From a virus (lineage: Duplodnaviria > Caudoviricetes), in IMG/VR virus record IMGVR_UViG_3300042465_002598, positions 1,261 to 65,260 of that record: a stretch of 64,000 nt of DNA; one strand, written 5' to 3'. Made by a program: the position numbers and the translations under genes. The notes below the pieces were generated by a model. That model saw only the letters and a list, made by a program, of their open reading frames with translations, made no database searches and had not been told where the DNA came from. Below, piece after piece: positions 25,611 to 34,376 of this stretch. How positions within the stretch are numbered: the first letter of the stretch is position 1; every line of letters begins with the position of its first letter.

Positions 25611-25865
25611 ATGGCTAAGTCTCCTGCGTGGCAGCGCAAGGAAGGTAAGTCCGAAGCCGGAGGTTTGAACGCCAAAGGCCGCGCTTCCTACAACAAAGCC
25701 AACCCCGGCAAGCCAGGGCTGAAAGCCCCCCAGCCAGAAGGCGGTCCCAGGCGTGATTCATTCTGTGCCCGAATGAGTGGCATGAAAAAGAAGCTGACTT
25801 CAGAGAAGACGGCTAATGATCCGAATTCGCGTATCAATAAAAGCCTGAGAGCGTGGAAGTGCTGA
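25611..25865 (+). CDS. Small basic conserved phage protein
   Basis: AWQRKEGK...GGLNAKGR...SFCARM...LRAWKC. Confidence 0.8.
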   Translation: MAKSPAWQRKEGKSEAGGLNAKGRASYNKANPGKPGLKAPQPEGGPRRDSFCARMSGMKKKLTSEKTANDPNSRINKSLRAWKC

Positions 25866-25866
25866 G

Positions 25867-26115
25867 ATGGAAAACATCGCAATCTGGAACCTCATTCTGT
25901 CGGTCCTCCTTGCTGTGGTCGGATTCTTTATGGCCTCCAAGTTCAAAGAGCTTGATAGGCTGAGCGTCCTGCTCAACCGAACTCGGGAAGAGGTGGCCCG
26001 TGACCATATCACTCGGGCAGAGTTTCGGCAGGACATGAATGAGTTACTGAAGCGGCTTGACGCGCTTTCTCTTAAGCTGGACACTCTGCGAGAGCGCAGG
26101 GTTCCCCAGGATTAA
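25867..26115 (+). CDS. Membrane-anchored coiled-coil protein
   Basis: N-terminal TM helix plus coiled coil. Confidence 0.75.
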   Translation: MENIAIWNLILSVLLAVVGFFMASKFKELDRLSVLLNRTREEVARDHITRAEFRQDMNELLKRLDALSLKLDTLRERRVPQD

Positions 26116-26118
26116 GCC

Positions 26119-26427
26119 GTGCCGGTTCAGTCCGAGAAACAGCGCCGGTTCATGTACGCCTCGCTGGCGGGTAAGACAGACGTTCCGCCCAGCGTAGCCA
26201 AGAAGTTTGTCGGGCCGAAGGCCCATAACGACGGTGGTGCCGTCAAGGAGCCTCAAATGAAGAAACCCCTTCCCCCCTTCCTGATGAAGAAGAAGGACGA
26301 GAAGAAGAAACCCGCTGCCAAGAAGATGATGGGCGGCGGTATGTCCTACGCCAAGGGCGGCGGCATCGAGTCCAAGGGCAAGACCAAGGGCAAGATGGTC
26401 AAGATGATGGGCGGAGGTAAGTGCTGA
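26119..26427 (+). CDS. Lys-rich small protein with xxGG motifs; possible in-frame second start at 26257
   Basis: HNDGG, MMGGG, YAKGG; internal AAGGAG-N6-ATG. Confidence 0.7.
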   Translation: MPVQSEKQRRFMYASLAGKTDVPPSVAKKFVGPKAHNDGGAVKEPQMKKPLPPFLMKKKDEKKKPAAKKMMGGGMSYAKGGGIESKGKTKGKMVKMMGGGKC

Positions 26428-26924
26428 TGAAGTCCAAGCGCTACAACGAAGGCGGCGACGTTGATCCTCTTGAGGAGTACAACAAGAGCGAAGGCATCGC
26501 TGTCGAGCCGGGGCCGAAGGCTGAACCCGAGCCGGAGAAGCCCAAGGCGGCGAAGCCCCGCCCGAAGCCTGTTGCCAAGGCCGCTGCCCCTGCGAAGCCT
26601 GCTCCCGCAGCGGCGGAACCCCCGAAGGCCAAGTCCGAAGGGTACAAAGGTCTCCCTACTGCCGCAGAGCGGTTCTCGGAAATTCGCAAGAAGCTCTCCG
26701 ATGCCGAGGCAGAAAACGTACGCAAACGCAACGAACGGGCTGAGTCCAGTAAGAAGTCTTTCGGGGACTTCATGAAGGGTGTGAAGCGTCGGTTCGGTAC
26801 TCAGGCCATGCGGGATGAGGCTAACATGAAGTCGGGTGGTTCGGTGAAAGGCTACACCAAAGGTGGCTCTGTCCGTGGTGGTGGCTGCGAGCAGCGCGGC
26901 AAGACCAAAGGGCGGTTCGTGTGA
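26427..26924 (+). CDS. Lys/Pro/Ala-rich protein with xxGG motifs
   Basis: YNEGG, MKSGG, YTKGG. Confidence 0.75.
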   Translation: MKSKRYNEGGDVDPLEEYNKSEGIAVEPGPKAEPEPEKPKAAKPRPKPVAKAAAPAKPAPAAAEPPKAKSEGYKGLPTAAERFSEIRKKLSDAEAENVRKRNERAESSKKSFGDFMKGVKRRFGTQAMRDEANMKSGGSVKGYTKGGSVRGGGCEQRGKTKGRFV

Positions 26925-27193
26925 GAAACTCACGCGATATGGGCGCGGTCAACAGGGCGAAGCTCCCCAAGTCCATCGTCCGCCGCGATGGGCCGGAGCC
27001 AACCAAGCTGTACGCCGAAGGCGGGGAAGCGAAAGCCAACAACTCCTCGCTCTGGTCTAAGGTCAAGGCTGAAGCCCGCAGCAAGTTCGATGTGTACCCG
27101 AGCGCTTACGCAAATGCGTGGGCAGCGAAGGAGTACAAGAAGCGCGGTGGGTCTTGGTCTGGCGCAGACAACCGGGTGAAGAAGCGTGGCTAA
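26921..27193 (+). CDS. Small basic protein
   Basis: YAEGG; YPSAYANAW...YKKRGG. Confidence 0.75.
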   Translation: MRNSRDMGAVNRAKLPKSIVRRDGPEPTKLYAEGGEAKANNSSLWSKVKAEARSKFDVYPSAYANAWAAKEYKKRGGSWSGADNRVKKRG

Positions 27194-27416
27194 GGCAGGG
27201 CTTGGCAAGTGGTTTGGCGAGAAGTGGGTCGATGTGAAGACCGGAAAAGCCTGCGGGCGCTCTGGCTCTGAGAAGACCTCACGCGCCTATCCCGCCTGCC
27301 GTCCTGCCAAAGCTGCAAGCAAGATGTCTACCGCCCAGAAGCGAGCTATGTCGAGCAAGAAGACTGGCCCCGCCCGCGAGTCGTGGCCCGTAAGCCCGTC
27401 TGGAAAGAGTAAGTAA
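27186..27416 (+). CDS. Small basic protein
   Basis: KWFGEKWVDVKTGKACGR...YPACRP. Confidence 0.75.
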   Translation: MAKAGLGKWFGEKWVDVKTGKACGRSGSEKTSRAYPACRPAKAASKMSTAQKRAMSSKKTGPARESWPVSPSGKSK

Positions 27417-28111
27417 TGCCCACCTCCGGCACCGCAACATTTGACCTCGATCTCAACGAGATCGTTGAAGAAGCGTTTGAGCGTTGCGGCTCGGAGTTGC
27501 GCACGGGCTACGATCTACGTACGGCGAGGCGTAGCCTTAACCTTCTCTTTGCAGACTGGGCGAACCGGGGGATTAACCTCTGGACCATCGAGCAGGGCCA
27601 GCAAGTCCTGACTCCCGGCACGGCAACGTACACGCTGCCTGCTGATACGGTGGACCTGATTGAGCATGTGATCCGTACCGGCGCGGGCAACGTCTCCACG
27701 CAGACCGACTTGACCATCACGCGCATCTCAGTCTCCACGTACTCCTCGATTCCCAACAAACTCCAGCAAGCACGCCCGATCCAAGTCTGGATCAACCGGC
27801 AGCAAGCCGCTCCGCAATTCACCGTCTGGCCGGTGCCGGATAGCTCGCAGACGTACACGTTCGTGTACTGGCGCTTGCGCAGGATTCAAGACGCCGGGGC
27901 TGGTGGGACGTACACACAGGACATCCCGTTCCGCTTTCTGAATGCCTTGGTGGCGGGTTTGGCGTACTACCTGTCGATGAAAATTCCTGGCGCTGAAGAC
28001 AGGATGCAGGTGCTGAAGGCTCAGTACGACGAAGCGTGGGATTTGGCGAGTACCGAGGACAGAGACCGCTCAGCGGTTCGTTTTGTTCCCCGGCAGTATT
28101 TTATTGGCTAG
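27416..28111 (+). CDS. Putative head-tail adaptor protein
   Basis: Position; helical N-terminus, VWPVPD, IPFRFLNALVAGLAYYL. Confidence 0.6.
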   Translation: MPTSGTATFDLDLNEIVEEAFERCGSELRTGYDLRTARRSLNLLFADWANRGINLWTIEQGQQVLTPGTATYTLPADTVDLIEHVIRTGAGNVSTQTDLTITRISVSTYSSIPNKLQQARPIQVWINRQQAAPQFTVWPVPDSSQTYTFVYWRLRRIQDAGAGGTYTQDIPFRFLNALVAGLAYYLSMKIPGAEDRMQVLKAQYDEAWDLASTEDRDRSAVRFVPRQYFIG

Positions 28112-28113
28112 TT

Positions 28114-28800
28114 ATGCCGCACAAAGATCCGCTTGCTGCTAAAGCTGCTAAACGTGCGTACTATTTGGCGCACAAGGAGCAGTTTTATCTAAGCGGGAAG
28201 CGCCGCAGAGAAAGGCTTCAACAAGAAGCAAAGGCAAGAAAAGAAGCCGAAGCGTTAATTGTAAAGCCCGTAATCCAACGGGCATGTGTAGACTGTGGTG
28301 TAGACATTACGTTTGTGTACAACCCAAAACACGGTCCGCACTGCAAACCATGCGTTTCAGCATATAACAAGGCCTACAGAGAAGCACATGCTGCAACAAT
28401 TGCCGCTCAAAAAGCCGAATGGAAGCAAGCTAATAAAGAGCGTGTAGCTGCAAAAGACAAAGCATACGCAGAAGCAAACCCAGATAAAAAAATAAAAGCG
28501 AGGAAAAAGTGGCTTGCTAACAATCCAGGCAAAGATACTGCCGCAAAAGCATTAAACGCCCAGAAGCGCAAACAGCGTATACCTACTTGGCTATCAGATG
28601 AAGACAAATGGGTAGTTGAGCAGGCGTACGAACTTGCTGCGCTACGCACTAAAATGTTTGGTTTTAAGTGGCATGTAGATCACATAATTCCATTAAATGG
28701 GAAAAACGTTTCTGGATTGCATGTTCCTACAAATTTACAAGTCGTGCCCTGGGTAGAAAACCTCAAAAAACACAACAAATTTGAGGTGACGCATGGCTAA
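28114..28800 (+). CDS. HNH homing endonuclease
   Basis: WHVDHIIPLNGKNVSGLHVPTNLQV...N; AT-rich relative to flanks. Confidence 0.88.
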   Translation: MPHKDPLAAKAAKRAYYLAHKEQFYLSGKRRRERLQQEAKARKEAEALIVKPVIQRACVDCGVDITFVYNPKHGPHCKPCVSAYNKAYREAHAATIAAQKAEWKQANKERVAAKDKAYAEANPDKKIKARKKWLANNPGKDTAAKALNAQKRKQRIPTWLSDEDKWVVEQAYELAALRTKMFGFKWHVDHIIPLNGKNVSGLHVPTNLQVVPWVENLKKHNKFEVTHG

Positions 28801-29179
28801 CCGGTTTGCCAATGGTGCTAAAGCATTCGGGTTCTGCGATCTGTGTGGTTTCCGTTTTGACCTGAAGAAGCTCAAGAACCTCGTAGTCAAGACCAAGCAA
28901 ACGCAGATTCGTGCGTGCCCCCAGTGCTGGACTCCGGATCAGCCGCAGCTTCAGCTTGGCATGTACCCAATTTCAGACCCGCAGGCCATCCGAGACCCCC
29001 GGCCTGATACGAATACGTGGCTTCAGTCTGGGACGAACACGCTTGGATTCCCGGGCGAGGGTATGTTGACCATCCAGTGGGGCTGGAACCCGATTGGGGG
29101 CTCGCAGGGGTTTGATGCTGCGCTCACGCCAAATACCTTGGTCGGGCGCGGGGAAGTTGGTACAGTAACGGTCACATGA
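28793..29179 (+). CDS. Conserved protein with N-terminal CxxC...CxxC
   Basis: CDLCGF...CPQCW...DPRPD. Confidence 0.75.
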   Translation: MANRFANGAKAFGFCDLCGFRFDLKKLKNLVVKTKQTQIRACPQCWTPDQPQLQLGMYPISDPQAIRDPRPDTNTWLQSGTNTLGFPGEGMLTIQWGWNPIGGSQGFDAALTPNTLVGRGEVGTVTVT

Positions 29180-29189
29180 CCAAGGAGCC

Positions 29190-29354
29190 ATGATGAAGAA
29201 AGATGCGATGGCCGCGCTCCGAGCGCACGCCAAGAAGCCCGCTAAGGAAGCCCACGGCAAGGCCGCTGCCTTCAAGAAGGGTGGTCCCACCTCTGAGGAC
29301 CGTATGCGCCTGGGCAAGAACATGTCCCGCGCCATGAACCAGAAGACGGGGTGA
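29190..29354 (+). CDS. Small basic protein (FKKGG motif)
   Basis: AAGGAG RBS; 54 aa, own translation. Confidence 0.7.
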   Translation: MMKKDAMAALRAHAKKPAKEAHGKAAAFKKGGPTSEDRMRLGKNMSRAMNQKTG

Positions 29355-29357
29355 ACC

Positions 29358-29537
29358 ATGAAGAAGACGCAAGCGCCCGCCCCTGCGGGCAAGACTGAGA
29401 AGGGTGTCGAGCACCTGAACGTCTCGATTGGCAACGAACGCGCCAAGGCATACCCGGAGGTCAAGACCTCGGGCATCAAGATTCGCGGCACTGGCGCAGC
29501 CACCAAGGGCACGATGGCCCGTGGGCCGATGGCGTGA
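29358..29537 (+). CDS. Small basic protein (RGTGAATKG motif)
   Basis: 59 aa filling the gap; own translation. Confidence 0.7.
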   Translation: MKKTQAPAPAGKTEKGVEHLNVSIGNERAKAYPEVKTSGIKIRGTGAATKGTMARGPMA

Positions 29538-29548
29538 GGGTGTAAATC

Positions 29549-30208
29549 GTGGCGATGACTTACACGCAGTTGCAGACTGCTGTTCAGGACTACACTGAAA
29601 ATACCTTCAGTGCGACTGACTTCGCCACGATGGTTCGGCTTGCCGAACAGAAGATTTACAACGCCACTCAGGCCCCGATCACCCGCAAGAACTCGGTGAT
29701 TCCGCTCGTCATTGGGACGAGTACGGTCAGCCTCCCGGCAGACTTCCTGTCTGCTTTCAGCGTGGCGGTGGTGCTGGCGAACAACAACTGGGAGTACCTC
29801 CTGAACAAGGATGTGAACTTCCTGCGCGAGTCGTACCAGAGCCCGACCGTGACGGGGACTCCCAAGTATTACGCCCTGTACGGCAACATCTCCGACCCGC
29901 TCGTGCAAACGCTGCAAGTGGCCCCGACGCCCAGCGCTACGCTGAACCTTCAGGTGGCGTACAACGCCTACCCGGAGAGCATCACGACGGCAGCAACGGG
30001 CCGGTCATGGCTGGGCGAAAACTACGAGTCGGTGCTGTTTAACGGCGTGATGGCCGAGGCGGCTAGGTTTATGAAGCAAGAGCCTGACATCGTGGCGATG
30101 TACGACAAGGAGTTCGTGGCCTCGCTGTCGCTCTTCAAGAACCTCGCGGACGGCAAGAACCGGCAGGATTCCTACCGCAGCGGACAGGCTAAGGTTCAGG
30201 TGTCGTAA
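29549..30208 (+). CDS. Putative tail adaptor/tubular protein
   Basis: MTYTQLQTAVQDYTEN...LPADFL...GTPKYYA. Confidence 0.6.
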   Translation: MAMTYTQLQTAVQDYTENTFSATDFATMVRLAEQKIYNATQAPITRKNSVIPLVIGTSTVSLPADFLSAFSVAVVLANNNWEYLLNKDVNFLRESYQSPTVTGTPKYYALYGNISDPLVQTLQVAPTPSATLNLQVAYNAYPESITTAATGRSWLGENYESVLFNGVMAEAARFMKQEPDIVAMYDKEFVASLSLFKNLADGKNRQDSYRSGQAKVQVS

Positions 30209-30621
30209 TGATCCTCCAAGGTCTGACCTCTTCGTTCAAGCTGGAGTCCTGGCAGGGTATCCACGACCTCGACACGGACACGCTCAAGTTTGCTCTGTAC
30301 ACGGGCAACGCCACGCTGGACTCCACCACGACGGTTTACACGACCTCCAACGAGGTTGTGGGCGCTGGGTACACGGCTGGTGGCGTGCTGCTGACGGGGG
30401 TGGTGCTGACGCTCTCCGGGACTACGGCGTACCTGACCTTCGACAACCCAACGTGGTCGGGGACTTCCTTCATCTGCCGTGGGGCGCTGGTTTACAACTT
30501 CAGTAAGGCCGACCGGTCCATCGCAGTCATCGACTTCGGTGACGACAAGACGGCGTCTGGTTCGTTTGTGGTCAACATGCCGGTGGCAACTGCCACTACG
30601 GCGCTCATCAGGTTTGCATAA
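30208..30621 (+). CDS. Virion structural protein
   Basis: FKxE...HDLDTDTLKFALYT...GYTAGG. Confidence 0.7.
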   Translation: MILQGLTSSFKLESWQGIHDLDTDTLKFALYTGNATLDSTTTVYTTSNEVVGAGYTAGGVLLTGVVLTLSGTTAYLTFDNPTWSGTSFICRGALVYNFSKADRSIAVIDFGDDKTASGSFVVNMPVATATTALIRFA

Positions 30622-30623
30622 AC

Positions 30624-31904
30624 ATGCCGTCCACCTACACCTCCAGACTGCGGTTTACACTGCCTGCAACCGGCGAACTCACGAATGTGTGGGGCAACAC
30701 GGTCAACAACGGCATCACTGAGCTTGTCGAGTCGGCCATCGCTGGTGCGGCAACGCTGAGCACCTGGGGCGGGGCGGGGGTTGCCTACACGCTGAGCAAC
30801 AACAACGGCGCGGCGGACGAAGCGCGGTGCATGTTCCTCGTGGCCTCGGGTACGCCGGGGGAGAACAAGAACATCATCTGCCCTGCCGTCACCAAGCTGT
30901 ACGTGGTGCAGAACAACGTGTCTGGCGGGTTCAGCGTGACGCTGAAGACCTCTGCCGGTACGGGCATCACTGTGCCCAACGGCACGACCATGTTCCTGCG
31001 CTGCGACGGAACCGATGTGGTGGACGCCTTCACGCGGGCGTCAAGTTTGTCGCTGGGGACTGCGCTGACTGTTGCAAATGGTGGAACGGGTCAGACAACA
31101 GCCTCCGCTGCGTTTAACGCACTGTCGCCTATCACTACTACAGGCGACTTGATACTGGGTAACGGGGTAAACAGCGCAACCCGACTTCCGATAGGTTCAA
31201 GCGGTTTTGTACTCACCAGTGACGGAACTACGGCCTCTTGGCAGGCCGCTGTTACTGTGTCTGGGAATAATACGTGGACAGGCATCCAGACGTTTACCAA
31301 CAGCCTGCTGCGCCTGCTTGGTTCGTCCACTGGTTATACAACCTTTACCAGCCTAAACGTAAGCGCAAGCAACTTTACGCTTACGTTGCCAGCAGCAAAC
31401 ACGACGGTTCCAGTCGCAACACAGGTTCTGACGTTTAGCGGCCCCACGGCGGCGCGGACGATCACATTCCCTGACGCCAACTTCACCGCAGCGCGAACGG
31501 ACGCGGCCAACTCTTTCACTGGCACGCAGACATTCCTAGGTTCTGTAGTCCCCGCAACGCTGACAGCCGACTCGGTGGGGTACACGGGTACGCCCCTCAA
31601 CGAGCAGTCTACTGCGTACACCCTGGTAGCCGCAGATGCTGGTAAATCTGTTGTCCACCCGATCAGCGACAACAACGCCAGAACGTTCACCATCCCGGCC
31701 AACGGCTCGGTAGCCTATCCAGTGGGCACCACGATCACGTTCATCAACATGATCAACACCGTGACGATTGCGATCACGACGGATACGATGTACCTCGCGG
31801 GCGCGGGCACCACGGGCAGCAGAACGCTCGCTGCCTACGGCATGGCAACGGCAGTCAAGATGACCAGCACGACTTGGATCATCAGCGGAAACGGGCTCAC
31901 TTAA
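30624..31904 (+). CDS. Tail fibre protein
   Basis: VANGGTG and TTTGDLI fibre motifs; Thr-rich. Confidence 0.75.
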   Translation: MPSTYTSRLRFTLPATGELTNVWGNTVNNGITELVESAIAGAATLSTWGGAGVAYTLSNNNGAADEARCMFLVASGTPGENKNIICPAVTKLYVVQNNVSGGFSVTLKTSAGTGITVPNGTTMFLRCDGTDVVDAFTRASSLSLGTALTVANGGTGQTTASAAFNALSPITTTGDLILGNGVNSATRLPIGSSGFVLTSDGTTASWQAAVTVSGNNTWTGIQTFTNSLLRLLGSSTGYTTFTSLNVSASNFTLTLPAANTTVPVATQVLTFSGPTAARTITFPDANFTAARTDAANSFTGTQTFLGSVVPATLTADSVGYTGTPLNEQSTAYTLVAADAGKSVVHPISDNNARTFTIPANGSVAYPVGTTITFINMINTVTIAITTDTMYLAGAGTTGSRTLAAYGMATAVKMTSTTWIISGNGLT

Positions 31905-31905
31905 A

Positions 31906-32793
31906 ATGGCTGGCATCCTTCAAACGCTGATTGGTTCGCTCGCAGGGATTACTGCGCCTTCTACTGTCGAGTACCTTGTAATTGCTGGAGGTGGTTCTGG
32001 CGGCGGAAACCTTGGTGGTGGTGGTGGGGCGGGCGGTTACCGCACGGCGGCTGGCTTTTCCGTAACTGCTGGTACCAGCTATACCGTAACAGTCGGGGCA
32101 GGTGCAGCGGCAAGCGGTAACGGTTCGCCGGGTACCCAAGGCAGCAACTCTGTATTTAGCACCGTTACTTCTGACGGCGGCGGCGGCGGCTCATACGCCT
32201 CTTTACCGTCACCCGCAGCGGGGAATGGCGGCTCTGGTGGCGGTGGGGCCTATGGTAGCGGCGCAGGTGGCACCGCTACATCTGGCCAAGGAAACAATGG
32301 CGGCGCGTCTGCTGGCCCTAACGCCGCAACAAACAGTGCGGGCGGCGGCGGCGCAGGTGCAGTTGGCGCAGATGGCACAGCTTTTAGTGGCGTTACACCT
32401 ATTGCGGGCGGGAATGGCGGCGCAGGCTCGGCTTCAAGTATCACTGGGACATCTGTGACTCGTGCTGGCGGCGGCGGCGGCGGCGGGTATCTCACAAATG
32501 GAGGCTCTGGAGGCTCTGGCGGTGGCGGGGCTGGAGGAAACGGGACATCTGGCGGGCAGGCAAACCCTGTCGCCGGAAGCGCCAACACGGGCAGTGGAGG
32601 GGGTGGGGGATATAACGACGGCAGCACATTTACTGGCGGCGCAGCGGGCGGCTCCGGCATCGTCATTATTGCCTACTCCAACACAAAGAAAGACTTGGCG
32701 AGTATTGGCGGTGGCTTGACATACACCAAGACAACGTCAGGCGGGAACACCATCTACACCTTTACAGCCGGAACCGGCACGATTAGTTGGTAA
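31906..32793 (+). CDS. Glycine-rich tail-associated protein
   Basis: VEYLVIAGGGSGG...ANTGSGGGG...GGSGIVII. Confidence 0.8.
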   Translation: MAGILQTLIGSLAGITAPSTVEYLVIAGGGSGGGNLGGGGGAGGYRTAAGFSVTAGTSYTVTVGAGAAASGNGSPGTQGSNSVFSTVTSDGGGGGSYASLPSPAAGNGGSGGGGAYGSGAGGTATSGQGNNGGASAGPNAATNSAGGGGAGAVGADGTAFSGVTPIAGGNGGAGSASSITGTSVTRAGGGGGGGYLTNGGSGGSGGGGAGGNGTSGGQANPVAGSANTGSGGGGGYNDGSTFTGGAAGGSGIVIIAYSNTKKDLASIGGGLTYTKTTSGGNTIYTFTAGTGTISW

Positions 32794-32796
32794 ATC

Positions 32797-33174
32797 ATGG
32801 CTCACTACGCATTCCTTGACGAAAACAACATCGTCACTGAAGTCATCGTAGGAAAAGACGATGACGAGACAGGCATTGATTGGGAGCAGCACTACGGGGA
32901 GTTTCGTGGTCAGGTGTGTAAGCGCACCAGCTACAACACCCGTGGCGGTGTTTACTACGGCAAGTTTGGTGAAGCACCGTTTCGTAAGAACTATGCCGGG
33001 ATTGGTTTCACATACGACGCCCAACGCGATGCGTTCATCCCGCCCAAACCAAACTTGTCTTGGGTGTTGAACGACAACACCTGTTTGTGGGAAGCGCCTG
33101 TCCCGTATCCAGACGACGGCAAGCCGTATCGTTGGGATGAAGAAGCAGTAACTTGGATTGAGGTGACATCATGA
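32797..33174 (+). CDS. Conserved partner of Gly-rich fibre proteins
   Basis: MAHYAFLDENNIV...RKNYAGIGFTYD...W. Confidence 0.75.
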   Translation: MAHYAFLDENNIVTEVIVGKDDDETGIDWEQHYGEFRGQVCKRTSYNTRGGVYYGKFGEAPFRKNYAGIGFTYDAQRDAFIPPKPNLSWVLNDNTCLWEAPVPYPDDGKPYRWDEEAVTWIEVTS

Positions 33175-33425
33175 TCCCACGCGACAAACTCCTCCATTTC
33201 GGCCTTGGGTGCGTCTGGCTGTTTGCCGCGATGGTGAGCTACTGGGTGCTGGTGCTCTTCGGCATCGGCCCGTTCTTGGCCTACCATACGACAGTGTACG
33301 CGCTGCTGTACGAGATCAACCAACTGATCCGCAAAGAGGGTCAGCCTGATCCGTGGGACGCTGCCGCAACTGCGCTTCCGGGCTTCATTGCCTGGGGGGT
33401 GCTGGAGCTATTGGAGAAGCTGTAA
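33171..33425 (+). CDS. Small membrane protein
   Basis: DKLLHF...E...D; hydrophobic. Confidence 0.7.
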   Translation: MIPRDKLLHFGLGCVWLFAAMVSYWVLVLFGIGPFLAYHTTVYALLYEINQLIRKEGQPDPWDAAATALPGFIAWGVLELLEKL

Positions 33426-33904
33426 TGTGGGAACTTTTGTTTGGCGCACTGGGCGGGCTTTTTGGCGGGCTGTTCCGTCTTGCTCCGGAGGTGCTGAAGC
33501 TCATTGACAAGAAGAGTGAGCGAGCGCATGAACTTGCGATGTTCGGCCTGCAAACCGATCTGGAGAAGATGCGCGGCACGTTCCGCATGGAAGAGCGCTA
33601 CGCAGAATACTCCACGGCTCAGCTTGACACCATCAAGGAAGCATTCAAGGAGCAGGCCACCACCGCCAAAGAGGCGGGACCGTTCGTCTCAGCCATCTCT
33701 GCGCTTGTCCGTCCCGGCATCACCTGGGCGCTCTTTTTCATGTACGCGACCGTCAAGCTCGCGGCACTTGTCATGGCGCTTCAAAGCGGCGGACCCTGGA
33801 CAGACATTGTTGTAAACACCTGGGGCGCAGAAGACGTAGCCATGTTCAACATGGTGCTGACGTTCTGGTTTGTTGGCCGCAGTATCGAGAAATACCAGAA
33901 GTGA
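33425..33904 (+). CDS. Putative 3TM holin
   Basis: VRPGITW...LTFWFVGRS; adjacent to the lysozyme. Confidence 0.7.
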   Translation: MWELLFGALGGLFGGLFRLAPEVLKLIDKKSERAHELAMFGLQTDLEKMRGTFRMEERYAEYSTAQLDTIKEAFKEQATTAKEAGPFVSAISALVRPGITWALFFMYATVKLAALVMALQSGGPWTDIVVNTWGAEDVAMFNMVLTFWFVGRSIEKYQK

Positions 33905-33905
33905 A

Positions 33906-34373
33906 ATGGATGAGGCCATCCGTCTCGCAACCGAAGGGCTGATTAAGCCTTTCGAGGGATACCACAGGAAGCTGCCTGATGGTGGGTGTAAGGCTTACCC
34001 TGATCCTGGCACTGGCGGCAAGCCCTGGACAATTGGCTGGGGGTCCACAGGCGCTGACATTACACCAGACACTGTTTGGACTGCTCAGCAAGCCGAGGAG
34101 CGCCTGCGAGCAGAAGTTAGGCACTTCGCACGCGAAGTTCTCGCACTGTCTCCGTTTCTAGACAAAACCCTTCCGAGAAGGTTTGCGGCAATCATCTCTT
34201 TCGCGTATAACTGCGGCGCGGGCAACTACCGCATCAGCACGCTGCGCAAGCGTGTAAACGCCCAAGACTGGGCTGGTGCCCAGGAAGAGATTGTGAAGTG
34301 GAACAAGGCCGCTGGGCGGGTTCTCCCCGGCCTGACCCGTCGCCGCGCTGCGGAAGCCGCTTTGCTGGGATAA
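33906..34373 (+). CDS. Endolysin, GH24 lysozyme
   Basis: FEG...AYPD...WTIGWG...SFAYNCG...GLTRRRAAE. Confidence 0.92.
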   Translation: MDEAIRLATEGLIKPFEGYHRKLPDGGCKAYPDPGTGGKPWTIGWGSTGADITPDTVWTAQQAEERLRAEVRHFAREVLALSPFLDKTLPRRFAAIISFAYNCGAGNYRISTLRKRVNAQDWAGAQEEIVKWNKAAGRVLPGLTRRRAAEAALLG

Positions 34374-34376
34374 CTC

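Noticed and set aside
30624-33174. Diversity-generating retroelement acting on tail fibres
   Set aside because: No reverse transcriptase and no template/variable repeat pair differing at adenines was seen.
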